54,050 nt of DNA from Nitrosomonas sp. (GCA_030682075.1 JAUXRH010000214.1:1-54050); one strand, 5' to 3'. Shown: positions 11,149 through 22,483, counted from the stretch's first letter. Notes: generated by a model not told the origin, from the letters alone. Made by a program: numbers and translations.

Positions 11149-11289
11149 GGGCACCTTTAAAAATCCATATTTCGTCACAATACTTCGTTGCTCATAAAAA
11201 ATGTTTCCTTACCTATCCATCATATGCTGCGTCAATATTTTTTATTTGCGCCTGGTCTTGTTTAGAACTCTGAATTTTTAGAGGTGCCC
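11149..11289 (+). mobile_element. MITE family 1, copy 2 (~40-bp internal deletion)
   Basis: Terminal IRs GGGCACCTTTAAAAAT/ATTTTTAGAGGTGCCC, with TTTA on both flanks. Confidence 0.9.
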
Positions 11290-11308
11290 TTTATAGCAAT
11301 AGGTAACT

Positions 11309-11965
11309 GTGCAGGATCTAGATATAAAAATCTTGCGTATTAACGAAATTTTCTTTTCGTTACAGGGAGAATCCAGTCGAGTAGGTCTGCCGACCGTATT
11401 TATACGCTTGACGGGTTGTCCATTGCGCTGTGGCTATTGCGATACAGCATATGCTTTCACCGCTGGTGAAAATATGTCAATTGCCACTATTCTGAATAAA
11501 ACCTCCGAATATAAATCACATTATGTCACCGTGACTGGCGGTGAGCCGCTAGCTCAGAAAGCATGTTTGAGTTTACTTTCAGCCTTATGTGATGCGGGAT
11601 ACTCGGTTTCAATAGAAACCAGCGGTGCTTTGGATATATCCAAAGTTGATCCACGTGTCATCAAAGTGATGGACATTAAAACACCTGGGTCTGGCGAGAT
11701 GGAGAAAACACTTTGGGCAAACCTTGATCAACTTAATGGTCAGGACGAGTTAAAGTTTGTGCTCTGTGATGAGAAGGATTACCACTGGGCGGTTGAAATA
11801 ATCCAAGTGAGACGTTTAAATCAAACTTGTTCCATCTTGTTTTCGCCGGTATATGGCGAGCTTGATCCAGCGTTATTGGCTAAATGGATACTACGTGACC
11901 ATTTACCCGTGCGAATGCAGATTCAGATGCATAAAATACTATGGGGAGAAGGACCGGGGCGATGA
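11309..11965 (+). CDS. queE: 7-carboxy-7-deazaguanine synthase QueE (radical SAM)
   Basis: EIFFSLQGE, CPLRCGYCDT and TGGEPL motifs. Confidence 0.95.
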   Translation: MQDLDIKILRINEIFFSLQGESSRVGLPTVFIRLTGCPLRCGYCDTAYAFTAGENMSIATILNKTSEYKSHYVTVTGGEPLAQKACLSLLSALCDAGYSVSIETSGALDISKVDPRVIKVMDIKTPGSGEMEKTLWANLDQLNGQDELKFVLCDEKDYHWAVEIIQVRRLNQTCSILFSPVYGELDPALLAKWILRDHLPVRMQIQMHKILWGEGPGR

Positions 11966-12043
11966 GTAATTCTGGTAGGTCGGTTGATTAGGTTAGGTAG
12001 GTGCACAATTGAAGTGTCATCAGTTAGCTGACTTAGAAATAAT

Positions 12044-12080
12044 CACAGAGGACACAGAGAATGCTTTCGTGTCCTCTGTG
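12044..12080. repeat. REP-like hairpin CACAGAGGACAC-N13-GTGTCCTCTGTG between queE and queC
   Basis: Perfect 12-bp inverted repeat with no U-tract, in an intra-operon spacer. Confidence 0.6.
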
Positions 12081-12137
12081 GTAAAAATTACAGGTAACCA
12101 ACTATTTTTCATTCTCATTCCTGGTTCTTATGATCAT

Positions 12138-12815
12138 ATGGTAAAAGCCGTTGTTCTTTTGTCGGGCGGACTGGATTCAGCTACTGCACTTGCTATTGCA
12201 CGTAATCGGAAATTTGAATGCTACGCTTTGAGTGTCGACTATGGTCAGCGTCATGAATCCGAACTCGTTGCCGCAAAAAATGTTACCCAAGCTTTGGGTG
12301 CATATGAGCACAAAGTTATTAAAATTGACTTGGCAGCTTTTGGTGGGTCAGCGCTTACGGACCAATCAATTAATGTGCCGATAGCCGGTGAGAAAGAGGA
12401 TATTCCAATTACCTATGTGCCCGCTCGAAATACTGTCATGTTGTCACTTGCATTGGCATGGGCTGAAACGCTTGGTTGCCATGATATCTTTATTGGTGTG
12501 AATGCTGTGGATTATTCGGGTTATCCAGACTGTCGTCCAGAATACATCAAAGCATTTGAGTGTATGGCTAATTTGGCAACTAGAGCAGCAATAGAAGGTA
12601 ATAAAGTGAAGATTCATGCGCCACTCATGAATCTGTCAAAAAATAAAATTATCCAGGAAGGACTGTCGCTCGGGATAGATTACAGACTCACGGTCTCCTG
12701 TTATCAGGCAGATGAGGCAGGGTTGGCTTGTGGTGTATGTGATTCTTGCCGCATTCGTCGAGTGGGATTTAATGCAGCGGGCGTGGCGGATCCGACGCGT
12801 TACCAACTTGCCTAA
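12138..12815 (+). CDS. queC: 7-cyano-7-deazaguanine synthase QueC
   Basis: SGGLDS, TYVPARN, GYPDCR and CGVCDSC motifs. Start at ATG 12138. Confidence 0.96.
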   Translation: MVKAVVLLSGGLDSATALAIARNRKFECYALSVDYGQRHESELVAAKNVTQALGAYEHKVIKIDLAAFGGSALTDQSINVPIAGEKEDIPITYVPARNTVMLSLALAWAETLGCHDIFIGVNAVDYSGYPDCRPEYIKAFECMANLATRAAIEGNKVKIHAPLMNLSKNKIIQEGLSLGIDYRLTVSCYQADEAGLACGVCDSCRIRRVGFNAAGVADPTRYQLA

Positions 12816-12981
12816 TTTGATTTCGGTATGCGACACATGATCTGAAGAAATATAACCTGGTCGTCGTGAATGCGCTGATTGGCAAGAGACCCTTTTGCAT
12901 GCATGGCAGGTTCATGCAACATTGTTTGAAACAACAATGTTGTTACACCTTATTTGAAGCCTCCAGCATTACATATAAGTC

Positions 12982-13749
12982 TTAGAAAAAGCCGGTAATA
13001 GAGCGTATTAATCCATTTGTCAGTTCATAAGCTGCTTCTTCATACAGTAAATTTGCCTTGTTAGCCGTACTGACAACCCGTGTGCGGTATCTGTTCATCT
13101 CTGTCACTCTAGTCGAAGTTTGCCTTCTTGCCCCCCCGACACCTTGTTGGGCATCCTGTTGACTATCTTCTCGAACAATAACGCCTTCCTCAACTCGCTC
13201 AGCAATTTCAACGTCGGTAATAACCATAAAGGTTACATCCTGGACAGCCGCATTTGCGACTGTATCAGCAATACCGAGAGCTGCAGCGCCAACCAATCCA
13301 CCAATGGCCGCACCAGGCCAACCATCAATAGCTGCCCCTGTCGCAGCTCCAACTGCAGTGCCTAGAGCCGCACCTCCGCCATAGCCCGATCGTAAAGCAT
13401 GTTCTGCTGCGGTGGGACTTGCTTTGTCTATACTTAGAACATTAACTTGGAGCCAATAGTGGGCTACATGTGGATCACTGATAATCAGATAACCCTTTTC
13501 TTTAAGCATTGTGGCAACAATTTCCGCAATATCAAAATTAGATTTGCCTGATGTATTCCGGAAATTCAGATAAATAGTCCTTTGATCCGGCGTAATTGGG
13601 TCCAGAAAAATGGTATCGCTCATTTTGGTTTGAACTTCCAGATTCTTCTTGGCAATTGATGTATGGAGAGCCGCACAACTGCTGAGAATTAAGGAAAATG
13701 CCAGAATTCCTGTCAATAACATGGTGTTTTTATTTATGAGGTTCCCCAT
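12982..13749 (-). CDS. traT: TraT-family complement-resistance/surface-exclusion lipoprotein
   Basis: Lipobox LSSC, LEVQTKMSDTIFLDP, glycine zipper, ITDVEIAER and YRTRVVSTANKANL, all typical of TraT. Confidence 0.88.
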   Translation of the reverse strand: MGNLINKNTMLLTGILAFSLILSSCAALHTSIAKKNLEVQTKMSDTIFLDPITPDQRTIYLNFRNTSGKSNFDIAEIVATMLKEKGYLIISDPHVAHYWLQVNVLSIDKASPTAAEHALRSGYGGGAALGTAVGAATGAAIDGWPGAAIGGLVGAAALGIADTVANAAVQDVTFMVITDVEIAERVEEGVIVREDSQQDAQQGVGGARRQTSTRVTEMNRYRTRVVSTANKANLLYEEAAYELTNGLIRSITGFF

Positions 13750-13873
13750 TCTATTCTCGTTTAAGTTATTAAATGACTGAGCATTCGTTTGTAAGTGAAA
13801 AAATAATCTGTCATGAGTTTATTTCAAGATCTTTGTAACTGGAAGCGCGTTGAGCTAGATAATCTTCAGGTAA

Positions 13874-14227
13874 TCACCTGCCGTAAAAGTATGGACGGTA
13901 ATTATTTGCTCCATAATAGCCACTAAAATATGGGCGAGCATAGCTCCCGGAATAACTGCCATAACCGTAACTTTGACCTAAGATACAACCTAAACCAACA
14001 CAGCCAGTAGAGTAGCCTGCTGAGTTAGTGGGTGTTACTTTCTCTGTTGCCGCCTTGAGGGAGGCGGTCAAGGAAACACTATCCGGAACACTGAAAGATT
14101 TTGAGATTGTTCTCAAATTAAATTGTTTCTGGATTTCATGTAGATTCTGATCCGCCCATACCGTGCAATTTAAGGAAGAAACAAATAGAACACTGTAGAA
14201 AATAAATTTATATCGAGCTGTTATCAT
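13874..14227 (-). CDS. Hypothetical secreted protein with Gly/Tyr-rich C-terminus
   Basis: Signal-peptide-like N-terminus (VWA-D), AGAAGG RBS, YGYGSYSGSY tail. Confidence 0.6.
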   Translation of the reverse strand: MITARYKFIFYSVLFVSSLNCTVWADQNLHEIQKQFNLRTISKSFSVPDSVSLTASLKAATEKVTPTNSAGYSTGCVGLGCILGQSYGYGSYSGSYARPYFSGYYGANNYRPYFYGR

Positions 14228-14376
14228 TTAACACCTTCTGATTTCAGAATAATATAGCGATACTGTACTGTAAAAAAATCCCCATTAATAAAAAACACTT
14301 GCTTTTTAGATAATTGTTGGTCAAGAGTGGTTCCGTTTAGAAGATTAATTTTATTAAAATGTATCGAAAATATTCA

Positions 14377-14736
14377 TTATGTGATTCTTGACCCTCTCTC
14401 AATGCTCACGCCCAGTTTTTTTACGCCACGGATAATTCCAAGTTTTGCAACACTGATTTTTACCCAGGGTGAGTTAAATTCTGTCAGAATTGTTTGTGCA
14501 ATATGCTCAGCCAAGGCTTCTAGAAGTGAGAAATGCTTTTCTGCCAGAATCTCATTAATACGTTTTACGATTAGTGCATAATCCAGCGCATCTTTAAAAT
14601 TATCTGTCTGACAGGCGCGACTGGAGGGTAATGCGATTTCCAAATCAAGCTGGATGGTTTGAGCAACTTTGCGTTCCCACGGATAGATGCCGATCAGGGT
14701 TTTGGCTTTGAGTTCGTGCAGAAAAATGATATCCAT
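14377..14736 (-). CDS. folB: Dihydroneopterin aldolase
   Basis: IGIYPWER, ALDY and LLEALAE motifs; next to plsY. Confidence 0.95.
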   Translation of the reverse strand: MDIIFLHELKAKTLIGIYPWERKVAQTIQLDLEIALPSSRACQTDNFKDALDYALIVKRINEILAEKHFSLLEALAEHIAQTILTEFNSPWVKISVAKLGIIRGVKKLGVSIERGSRIT

Positions 14737-14851
14737 TATTAGGGGTTAAATTTTTAAAGTTCTTCTGGAGCGCGCTGTTTTAGGGTGTGTCTATGTCTAT
14801 GATCAGATCAATAGCGATTCTATTCTATTTGTATAGGTGGTGCTAATCCTA

Positions 14852-15460
14852 ATGACAATATTGTTTTTTATTTTGTTGGCCTATTTGCTGGGATCTATTT
14901 CCTTCGCGGTAGTATCCAGTTGGCTTTTCAAGCTACCTGATCCACGGACTTATGGTTCAAGGAATCCAGGTGCAACCAATGTGTTGCGCAGCGGTAAGAA
15001 AGCAGCAGCTGTATTAACGCTGCTGGGTGATGCTGGGAAAGGTTGGTTGGCGGTATTTTTGGTACAGTATTTTGTTTCTGCCTGGGGTATGGCAGATGAG
15101 GTGATCGCGGTTGTGGCACTGGCAGTTTTTCTTGGTCATGTCTTTCCGGTATTTTTGCGTTTCCAGGGCGGTAAGGGGGTGGCAACTGCTGTGGGTGTGT
15201 TGCTAGGATTAAATCCATGGGTAGGTTTTCTGGCAATGGCAACTTGGGTGCTGGTTGTAACGCTTTGGCGCATTTCTTCGCTGTCTGCGTTAGTTGCCGC
15301 AGCACTTGCCCCAGTTTATGCATTTATTTTCCTCGGTTATGGTATTAATACACTGGCTGTTCTAATTATGTCGCTTATACTTATTTGGCGACATAAATCA
15401 AATATAGTGAATCTAATCTCGGGTAAGGAGGGGCGTATTGGTGAAAAAAGAGCTTCGTAG
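14852..15460 (+). CDS. plsY: Glycerol-3-phosphate acyltransferase PlsY
   Basis: AYLLGS, GSRNPGATNVLR, GGKGVAT and RHKSNI motifs. Confidence 0.96.
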   Translation: MTILFFILLAYLLGSISFAVVSSWLFKLPDPRTYGSRNPGATNVLRSGKKAAAVLTLLGDAGKGWLAVFLVQYFVSAWGMADEVIAVVALAVFLGHVFPVFLRFQGGKGVATAVGVLLGLNPWVGFLAMATWVLVVTLWRISSLSALVAAALAPVYAFIFLGYGINTLAVLIMSLILIWRHKSNIVNLISGKEGRIGEKRAS

Positions 15461-15466
15461 CATGGG

Positions 15467-16489
15467 CTAACAGGCATCAAGTAGACCCAGATCCCATCGG
15501 GCTTTTACAGTGAAACTGTATCCCTGTTGCTCTCGGGTTCCTGATGATTGCAACCGCATGGCGCCAGCAAATGCGATCATGGCACCATTATCAGTGCAAA
15601 ATTCAATGGCCGGATAAAAAACAGTAGCCCCTATTAATTCTGCCTGACGTGAGAGGTTTTCACGCAATTGACAATTAGCGCCAACACCGCCGGCAACAAC
15701 TAATTGCGTGAAACCAGCGTGCATTAGGGCGGCCAAGGATTTTTTTGTCAGGACTTCAACCACGGCTTCTTGAAAGGCGGAGGCGATATCTGCCCGTGTT
15801 TGTGGTGTAATTTCATGTTTCTTTGTTAATGTCAGTACGGCTGTTTTTAGACCACTAAAACTGAAATTGAGATCACCGCTATGAAGCATAGGACGAGGCA
15901 GTTTAAAACGACCGGGATTTCCTTGCTTGGCAAGTTTTGATAGCGCAGGTCCCCCAGGATAGCCCAGCCCAAGTAATTTCGCAGTTTTATCAAAGGCTTC
16001 CCCTGCTGCATCGTCAACGGTTTCACCCAATAGTTTATAGTGCCCGACACCACATACCTCCATTAATTGAGTGTGACCACCAGATACAAGCAGTGCGACA
16101 AACGGAAAAATCGGTGAGGGTGTTGATAGGAGCGGAGAAAGCAAGTGCCCTTCAAGGTGATGTATGCCAATCGAAGGTATTTTTAATGCAAAACTGAGCG
16201 CACTGCCAATGCTTGCACCAACTAACAGCGCGCCGGCCAATCCGGGGCCTTGTGTGTAGGCAATTGCGCTGACATCTCGCAGGTTAAGGTTAGCTGTTGT
16301 CAAGGTTTGTTTGATAAGCGGAAGGACTCGCCGAATATGGTCGCGTGACGCGAGCTCTGGCACCACGCCACCATATTCACCGTGCATTTCAATCTGAGAA
16401 AAGAGTGCGTGACTAAGTAAGCCACTGTCAGTGTCATAAAGTGCGATGCCTGTTTCGTCGCAAGAAGTTTCGATGCCTAGGACTATCAT
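15467..16489 (-). CDS. tsaD: tRNA t6A37 threonylcarbamoyltransferase TsaD
   Basis: [21 protein letters not shown] and CTDNGAMIA motifs. Confidence 0.97.
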   Translation of the reverse strand: MIVLGIETSCDETGIALYDTDSGLLSHALFSQIEMHGEYGGVVPELASRDHIRRVLPLIKQTLTTANLNLRDVSAIAYTQGPGLAGALLVGASIGSALSFALKIPSIGIHHLEGHLLSPLLSTPSPIFPFVALLVSGGHTQLMEVCGVGHYKLLGETVDDAAGEAFDKTAKLLGLGYPGGPALSKLAKQGNPGRFKLPRPMLHSGDLNFSFSGLKTAVLTLTKKHEITPQTRADIASAFQEAVVEVLTKKSLAALMHAGFTQLVVAGGVGANCQLRENLSRQAELIGATVFYPAIEFCTDNGAMIAFAGAMRLQSSGTREQQGYSFTVKARWDLGLLDAC

Positions 16490-16649
16490 TGGAAGTAGTG
16501 AAAAGTTGTTCTTTTATAACAAATTTTATGGTGCTATAATAACCGGTTTTGTGCGCTCTGTTATCAGAGAGTGGGGATGAGTTGTAATTATATTAAAACC
16601 AGTAATTTTTAATTGTAATATTTTATCTTTCAGAGGAAACATAATTTTT

Positions 16650-16862
16650 ATGACTACTATCAAAGTCAAGGAAAATGAGCCATTTGAAGTTGCTATGCGT
16701 CGTTTCAAACGTACTATAGAAAAAACTGGGTTACTTACAGATTTGCGTGCGCGTGAATTTTATGAGAAGCCGACTGCCGAGCGTAAGCGTAAGCTGGCAG
16801 CAGCGGTTAAACGCACTTATAAGCGTTTACGTAGTCAATTGCTTCCACCAAAACTTTACTAA
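16650..16862 (+). CDS. rpsU: 30S ribosomal protein S21
   Basis: [15 protein letters not shown]...REFYEKP sequence. Confidence 0.98.
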   Translation: MTTIKVKENEPFEVAMRRFKRTIEKTGLLTDLRAREFYEKPTAERKRKLAAAVKRTYKRLRSQLLPPKLY

Positions 16863-16921
16863 AATTTGTTGAAATACTTAATTATTTCATTGAGTTGTTG
16901 TGTTGAGTAAGTGTGTCTATT

Positions 16922-17362
16922 ATGAATCTGAGACAGAAAATTACTGAAGATATGAAAGCCGCAATGCGTGCCGGAGATACTCGGCTGCGTGACGCCATTC
17001 GATTACTGCAGGCTAATATGAAGCAACGTGAAGTGGATGAGCGAGCTGAGTTAGATGATGGTGCAGTTATTGCTGTCATTGAGAAAATGCTTAAGCAGCG
17101 CAGAGACTCTATTGGTCAATATGAAGCTGCGCAACGTCATGATTTGGCTGAAATTGAAAAGTATGAAGTCAATGTGTTGACTACTTATATGCCAAAGGCA
17201 ATGACTGAAGCAGAAGTGGAAGCTATAGTGGCTGAGGTTATATCATCCACTGGAGCCAAGGGACAGCAGGATATGGGAAAGGTAATGGCTGTACTGAAAG
17301 CTAAACTCGCCGGGCGTACGGATATGGCAAAAGTATCTGCACTCGTTAAAGGTAAATTTTAA
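16922..17362 (+). CDS. yqeY: GatB/YqeY domain protein
   Basis: DMKAAMRA, KQRRDSI..Y and DMGKVM motifs; between rpsU and dnaG. Confidence 0.93.
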   Translation: MNLRQKITEDMKAAMRAGDTRLRDAIRLLQANMKQREVDERAELDDGAVIAVIEKMLKQRRDSIGQYEAAQRHDLAEIEKYEVNVLTTYMPKAMTEAEVEAIVAEVISSTGAKGQQDMGKVMAVLKAKLAGRTDMAKVSALVKGKF

Positions 17363-17496
17363 GCTAATTTCAGTTTGAACGTTGACTCAGTATCTGGGCT
17401 AATGGTTTTTTTCTGTTCCTCGCATTTATTAAAAATAAGCTACGATTAATCTGGTTTATTTATACTTGGTCGAATATTTTGAATTGCTTACGATAA

Positions 17497-19296
17497 ATGA
17501 TTCCCCCGTCGTTTATTCATGATTTGCTCAACCGTGTGGACATTGTCAATGTAGTTGATCGTCATGTCCCGCTCAAGAAAGCCGGTGCGAATTATAGCGC
17601 CTGTTGCCCATTCCATAACGAAAAGTCACCTTCATTCACAGTGAGTCCAACGAAGCAATTTTTTCACTGCTTCGGTTGTGGTGCGCATGGAAGCGCAATC
17701 AATTTTTTGATGGAATATAGTGGGATGAGTTTTGTCGATGCGGTAGCTGATCTAGCTACGAGCATGGGTATGCAAGTGCCTACTCAAACGATAGATCTTC
17801 ATTCTGGTGATACGGTGTCTGGATCTCGGTCTACAACACGAGGCCAAGAGCGTGCAGGAAAGAATAAGGATGAATCTCGCCAGAATTTAAATGAGGTAAT
17901 GAGAGCCGCAACTCAGTTTTATCGGGCGCAACTCAAAAACGCTGATCATGCAGTTAAGTATCTAAAGAAACGGGGTTTGACCGGCGAGACTGCCGCACAT
18001 TTTGCCATTGGTTATGCACCCGCTGGATGGCAGAATCTAGAAGCCGTATTTCCAGAATACCAAATGGAATCATCAAGGAATTTGTTAATTAAAGCGGGGT
18101 TGATAATTGAGACCGATGACGGTAAACGTTATGATCGTTTTCGCGATAGAATAATATTTCCGATCCTCGGTCAGAAAGGAATGATTGTTGGTTTTGGTGG
18201 GCGTGTATTAGAACAAGGGGACCCAAAATATCTCAATTCACCTGAAACTCCCTTGTTTGCGAAGGGACATGAACTCTATAATTTGTTTTCTGCACGTAGA
18301 GCCATTCGTGAGGCAGGCCGTGTTTTAGTCGTTGAAGGGTATATGGATGTAGTTGCGCTCTACCAACATGGCATTAAGTATTCAGTCGCCGCATTGGGAA
18401 CTGCCACGACATCTTTTCACATTCAGAAACTGCTGCGCCAGACGGATGATATAATTTTTTGTTTTGATGGCGATCGTGCCGGTAAAAAAGCGGCATGGCG
18501 TGCTATGGAAAATAGTCTGCCCTATCTTACTGATGGTAAGAATCTCAGTTTTCTCTTTTTGCCAGAGGGAGAGGACCCTGATAGTTACATTGGTAAATTT
18601 GGTAAAGAAACTTTTGAAGGACTCTTTAAACAGGCATTGCCTTTGTCTGCTTTTCTGTTCAAAGAACTTTTAGAGCACGTGGATTTGCAAACAAGCGAAG
18701 GACGTACAAAATTAGTGCACGATGCAAAGCCGCTATTAAAACAAGTAACCGCGCCGATTATGACATTAATGCTATTGAAGCGTTTAGCTGAACTGAGCGG
18801 TATTAACCAGAATGAGTTGGAAAGTTTATTGCAGATCAAGCGTGTTTCATCTTCTCGAAGTCGTGAAAGAGCGCCAAGGCCACAACCAGTATCTCCTTAT
18901 TATTGGTTGATACAAATACTATTGTACCAACCTGCTTATATTAATAAGTTAGATAGAGACTTGGTGGCAGCACGTGGGGAATTTTATGAGGAGATAAAAG
19001 TTCTGAAGGCACTAATTGAATTTTTAGATGTCCATCCCCATGTTGCGAATGAAGCGTTGACATCATCTGTTGTGACCTATTTTCATGATAGCCCCCATCG
19101 GGAATTACTTGAAAAAATAGAGACCGAAACACTTGAGTGGGACAGCAGTATTAATTTGGAGGCCGAGTTTTCTGGTGCGCTAGAGCGGCTTCAGGAAATA
19201 CAACGAAAGCAACGAATGACTGAATTGCATAATAAATCTCTAAACATGCTTACAGATGAAGAAAAGCAGGAGCTGAAGAAATTAGCGATATCCTGA
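17497..19296 (+). CDS. dnaG: DNA primase
   Basis: CHC2 zinc finger CPFHNEKSPSF..CFGC, KYLNSPET, Toprim EGYMDV and FDGD. Confidence 0.98.
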   Translation: MIPPSFIHDLLNRVDIVNVVDRHVPLKKAGANYSACCPFHNEKSPSFTVSPTKQFFHCFGCGAHGSAINFLMEYSGMSFVDAVADLATSMGMQVPTQTIDLHSGDTVSGSRSTTRGQERAGKNKDESRQNLNEVMRAATQFYRAQLKNADHAVKYLKKRGLTGETAAHFAIGYAPAGWQNLEAVFPEYQMESSRNLLIKAGLIIETDDGKRYDRFRDRIIFPILGQKGMIVGFGGRVLEQGDPKYLNSPETPLFAKGHELYNLFSARRAIREAGRVLVVEGYMDVVALYQHGIKYSVAALGTATTSFHIQKLLRQTDDIIFCFDGDRAGKKAAWRAMENSLPYLTDGKNLSFLFLPEGEDPDSYIGKFGKETFEGLFKQALPLSAFLFKELLEHVDLQTSEGRTKLVHDAKPLLKQVTAPIMTLMLLKRLAELSGINQNELESLLQIKRVSSSRSRERAPRPQPVSPYYWLIQILLYQPAYINKLDRDLVAARGEFYEEIKVLKALIEFLDVHPHVANEALTSSVVTYFHDSPHRELLEKIETETLEWDSSINLEAEFSGALERLQEIQRKQRMTELHNKSLNMLTDEEKQELKKLAIS

Positions 19297-19446
19297 CAAA
19301 TTATGTAACATAAATTCAATTGGTTGGAATTGGTTTTCTGAAACATCCCGGTTGAAAACAGTAGCCGGATGTCAGTAATATCGAATTTTGATATAATTGA
19401 GCCGAGCGTTTCAGCTTTTAATTATCCATATTATTTGGAACTAAAA

Positions 19447-21690
19447 ATGTCAAAGGAAAAAGTGGCAAAAACAGAAGCAGCAGATGCAACTAAAGTAACG
19501 AATACCAAAAAGAATTCTCTAACAGCAAAAAAAGAGAAAGATAGATTTGATAACGTTGAAATGGCCGCTAAAAAAACAACAAAGCCAGTTGATAAAATGA
19601 AAATAAAAACCTTAACTGAAAAAGTTAAGGCAACAAAAGAAATCTCAAAAAATGAGTCTAGTCGTGTTGCGGAGATTGCTAAAGTAGTGATTGCTGCCAA
19701 GGAAAATGAGACACTCTCCGAAACAAAAGCTAAAACATCCAAGAAGGTTAAAACTAAAGCGAAATCGAAATCATCAAAAGAACAAGGAAATGATACTGAA
19801 GTAGCTTCTCTTGCGCCGCAGGATATTGAGGCACGACGGATGCGTCTGAAAAAACTAATTATGCAAGGTAAGGAGCGTGGTTATTTAACTTATGCTGAAA
19901 TTAACGATCATCTTCCAGATGATATGTTGGATGCCGAGCAGATAGAAGGCATCATCAGTATGATTAATGACATGGGCATCTCTGTATATGATGAAGCGCC
20001 CGATGCAGAGGCACTGTTAATGTCTGATGCGACTACAACAGTAGCCGATGAAGATGTCGCAGAAGAAGCGGAAGCAGCCCTTTCAACGGTTGATTCTGAG
20101 TTTGGGCGTACTACTGACCCAGTGCGTATGTACATGCGTGAAATGGGGTCGGTCGGTTTGCTGACACGTGAGAGTGAAATTGAGATTGCAAAGCGGATAG
20201 AAGGCGGCTTGCGGCATATGATACAAGCTATTTCAGCGTGTCCGACTATTATTGTTGGGATTCTTGATTTGGCGGCTGAGGTTGAAAGAGATGCCTTGCG
20301 AATTGATGAATTGGTGGATGGACTGCTTGACTCTAACCTGGAAGATGAGATTAACGAACAAGTTATTAATGAATCGTTGGGATCAGATCTGGAAGTTGAT
20401 GATTTGGAAGGTGACGATGACGATGATGAAAATGAAAGTGAGAATGGCCTTGCTATTGCAAACGCAAATTTACTGAAATTAAAAAATGATGCATTGGAGC
20501 GTTTTGCAGTCATTCGTCAAATCCATAATGAAATGCAAGAAATCCTGGATAAGGAAGGATCATCCGGAAAAAGATACAAAGAATTACAGGAAAATATTTC
20601 AGCAGAACTCATGGTTATTCGATTCTCTGCTAAAATGGTTGAGAAGTTGTGTAATACTCAGCGTGGATTAGTACATAATGTTCGCGAGTATGAACGTAAG
20701 ATACTTCACTTGTGTGTATCTAAGGTAGGGATGCCGAAGAATCATTTCATCAAGACATTTCCAGGTAATGAAACGAATTTAGACTGGGTGACACTGGAAA
20801 ATGAATCTAATAAACCTTATAGTCAAGCACTGCAACATTATCGACCTGCAATAATGGAGCAACAGCAAAATCTGTTGTCGCTGAAAGCGAAAATTGGAAT
20901 TCCGATCAAGGATCTGAAGGAAATTAATCGCAGAATGACAACTGGTGAAGCAAAGACACGTCGAGCAAAACGTGAAATGACGGAAGCCAATTTGCGACTG
21001 GTCATTTCAATTGCTAAGAAATATACTAATCGTGGCCTGCAGTTCCTTGACTTGATCCAGGAAGGTAATATTGGTTTGATGAAAGCTGTAGATAAGTTTG
21101 AATATCGGCGTGGTTACAAGTTTTCTACTTATGCCACTTGGTGGATCCGCCAGGCAATCACGCGGTCTATTGCGGATCAGGCGCGTACCATACGTATTCC
21201 AGTGCATATGATCGAAACGATTAATAAAATGAATCGTATCTCGCGTCAGATCCTTCAGGAAACAGGGCAAGAGCCGGAACCGGCAGTATTGGCAGAAAGA
21301 ATGGAAATGCCAGAAGAGAAGATACGGAAAATTCTCAAAATCTCCAAAGAACCCATTTCAATGGAAACCCCAATTGGAGATGATGAGGATTCGCATCTTG
21401 GAGATTTTATAGAAGATTCAGCGACCATGGCCCCTGCAGATGCAGCCGTGTACGCTAGCTTGAGAGGTGTTACCAAGGATATACTTGACTCACTAACGCC
21501 ACGTGAAGCAAAAGTGCTACGTATGCGTTTTGGTATAGAAATGAACACCGATCATACCTTGGAAGAAGTTGGAAAGCAGTTTGATGTCACACGTGAGCGT
21601 ATCCGTCAGATTGAAGCAAAAGCGTTACGTAAATTGCGTCATCCAGCACGATCAGAGCGATTACGCAGTTTTCTGGATACGGGGAACTAA
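19447..21690 (+). CDS. rpoD: RNA polymerase sigma factor RpoD
   Basis: Regions 1.1-4 present ([49 protein letters not shown]). Start at ATG 19447. Confidence 0.98.
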   Translation: MSKEKVAKTEAADATKVTNTKKNSLTAKKEKDRFDNVEMAAKKTTKPVDKMKIKTLTEKVKATKEISKNESSRVAEIAKVVIAAKENETLSETKAKTSKKVKTKAKSKSSKEQGNDTEVASLAPQDIEARRMRLKKLIMQGKERGYLTYAEINDHLPDDMLDAEQIEGIISMINDMGISVYDEAPDAEALLMSDATTTVADEDVAEEAEAALSTVDSEFGRTTDPVRMYMREMGSVGLLTRESEIEIAKRIEGGLRHMIQAISACPTIIVGILDLAAEVERDALRIDELVDGLLDSNLEDEINEQVINESLGSDLEVDDLEGDDDDDENESENGLAIANANLLKLKNDALERFAVIRQIHNEMQEILDKEGSSGKRYKELQENISAELMVIRFSAKMVEKLCNTQRGLVHNVREYERKILHLCVSKVGMPKNHFIKTFPGNETNLDWVTLENESNKPYSQALQHYRPAIMEQQQNLLSLKAKIGIPIKDLKEINRRMTTGEAKTRRAKREMTEANLRLVISIAKKYTNRGLQFLDLIQEGNIGLMKAVDKFEYRRGYKFSTYATWWIRQAITRSIADQARTIRIPVHMIETINKMNRISRQILQETGQEPEPAVLAERMEMPEEKIRKILKISKEPISMETPIGDDEDSHLGDFIEDSATMAPADAAVYASLRGVTKDILDSLTPREAKVLRMRFGIEMNTDHTLEEVGKQFDVTRERIRQIEAKALRKLRHPARSERLRSFLDTGN

Positions 21691-21789
21691 TAAAACAGAC
21701 AGTTGGATTTTAATACGCGGCATAAGTGGTTAGTATGTAGCTAATAAAATCGTGTTGAGATTTATAGCCAGAATTTGGCTGTTTAAATA

Positions 21790-21870
<81 letters not shown>

Positions 21871-21874
21871 AATC

Positions 21875-21909
21875 AAGCACTTAATCAGATTCTGGTTAGG
21901 TGCTTTTTT
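21875..21909 (+). terminator. Island-supplied intrinsic terminator after the tRNA
   Basis: AAGCACTTAATCAG..TGGTTAGGTGCTT stem followed by a T-run. Confidence 0.65.
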
Positions 21910-21973
21910 CATTTAAGCCGCCGTGTAGGCGTGGTGTAGGAAAATTTACTAAATTTACAACGGAGATTTTGAA

Positions 21974-22315
21974 ATGGAAAAAATTACAGTTAAAAACACG
22001 GAAGGAAGAAGTCTCAGATTCACCGGCGAACTAATCGCCAATGTGGAAAGCAGCAGCAACAATGCACATCCAGACTATTCAGGAAGTGTTGGCCATTGGC
22101 AGGAGTTGTACTTGTGGCGCACAGCTAGAGGCAAATTCGTTGGGCAGACCATCAATTTCACCCAATGGCAGGGTTCGCGTGATAGTTACACAGCCAAGGT
22201 TTGTGGCACCGTGGAAGAAGTCGTAGAGTTTTTTGGAAGCGGCTGGCTAGCTACTGAACTTTACGAAGCGGCCGATATTGATACTTCAATTAATTTGGAT
22301 GAGGCGGCGGCTTAA
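21974..22315 (+). CDS. Hypothetical island protein (113 aa)
   Basis: GGAG RBS and a clean ORF; the only clear plus-strand gene in the island. Confidence 0.75.
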   Translation: MEKITVKNTEGRSLRFTGELIANVESSSNNAHPDYSGSVGHWQELYLWRTARGKFVGQTINFTQWQGSRDSYTAKVCGTVEEVVEFFGSGWLATELYEAADIDTSINLDEAAA

Positions 22316-22474
22316 TTAGCCGGGCTTGTTTTTGTTCTAAAGCCGCCGGTTATACGAGACGTCGAAGGTGGCCGTGCTTGGTTCGAGGTGGTGGCACGCT
22401 AATAATTGACCTTGAAAACCACCCGCCAAAGTGGGGGGAATTTGTCTTGTTTTGGCGGATTTTATTATATTGCC

Positions 22475-22483
22475 TGTGGATAA
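22475..22483 (-). promoter_or_regulatory. Perfect DnaA box (TTATCCACA) inside the island
   Basis: TGTGGATAA on the + strand; single copy. Confidence 0.45.

Noticed and set aside
11309-12815. queE-queC as a 7-deazaguanine DNA-modification (dpd) island
   Set aside because: This is the ordinary position after tol-pal for queuosine synthesis, and no dpdA/tgt paralogue is present.
12982-13749. traT as evidence of an integrated conjugative element
   Set aside because: No relaxase, T4SS, integrase or att repeats nearby.
19447-19800. Lys/Thr-rich N-terminal extension of RpoD
   Set aside because: Low-complexity extensions are common in betaproteobacterial RpoD.
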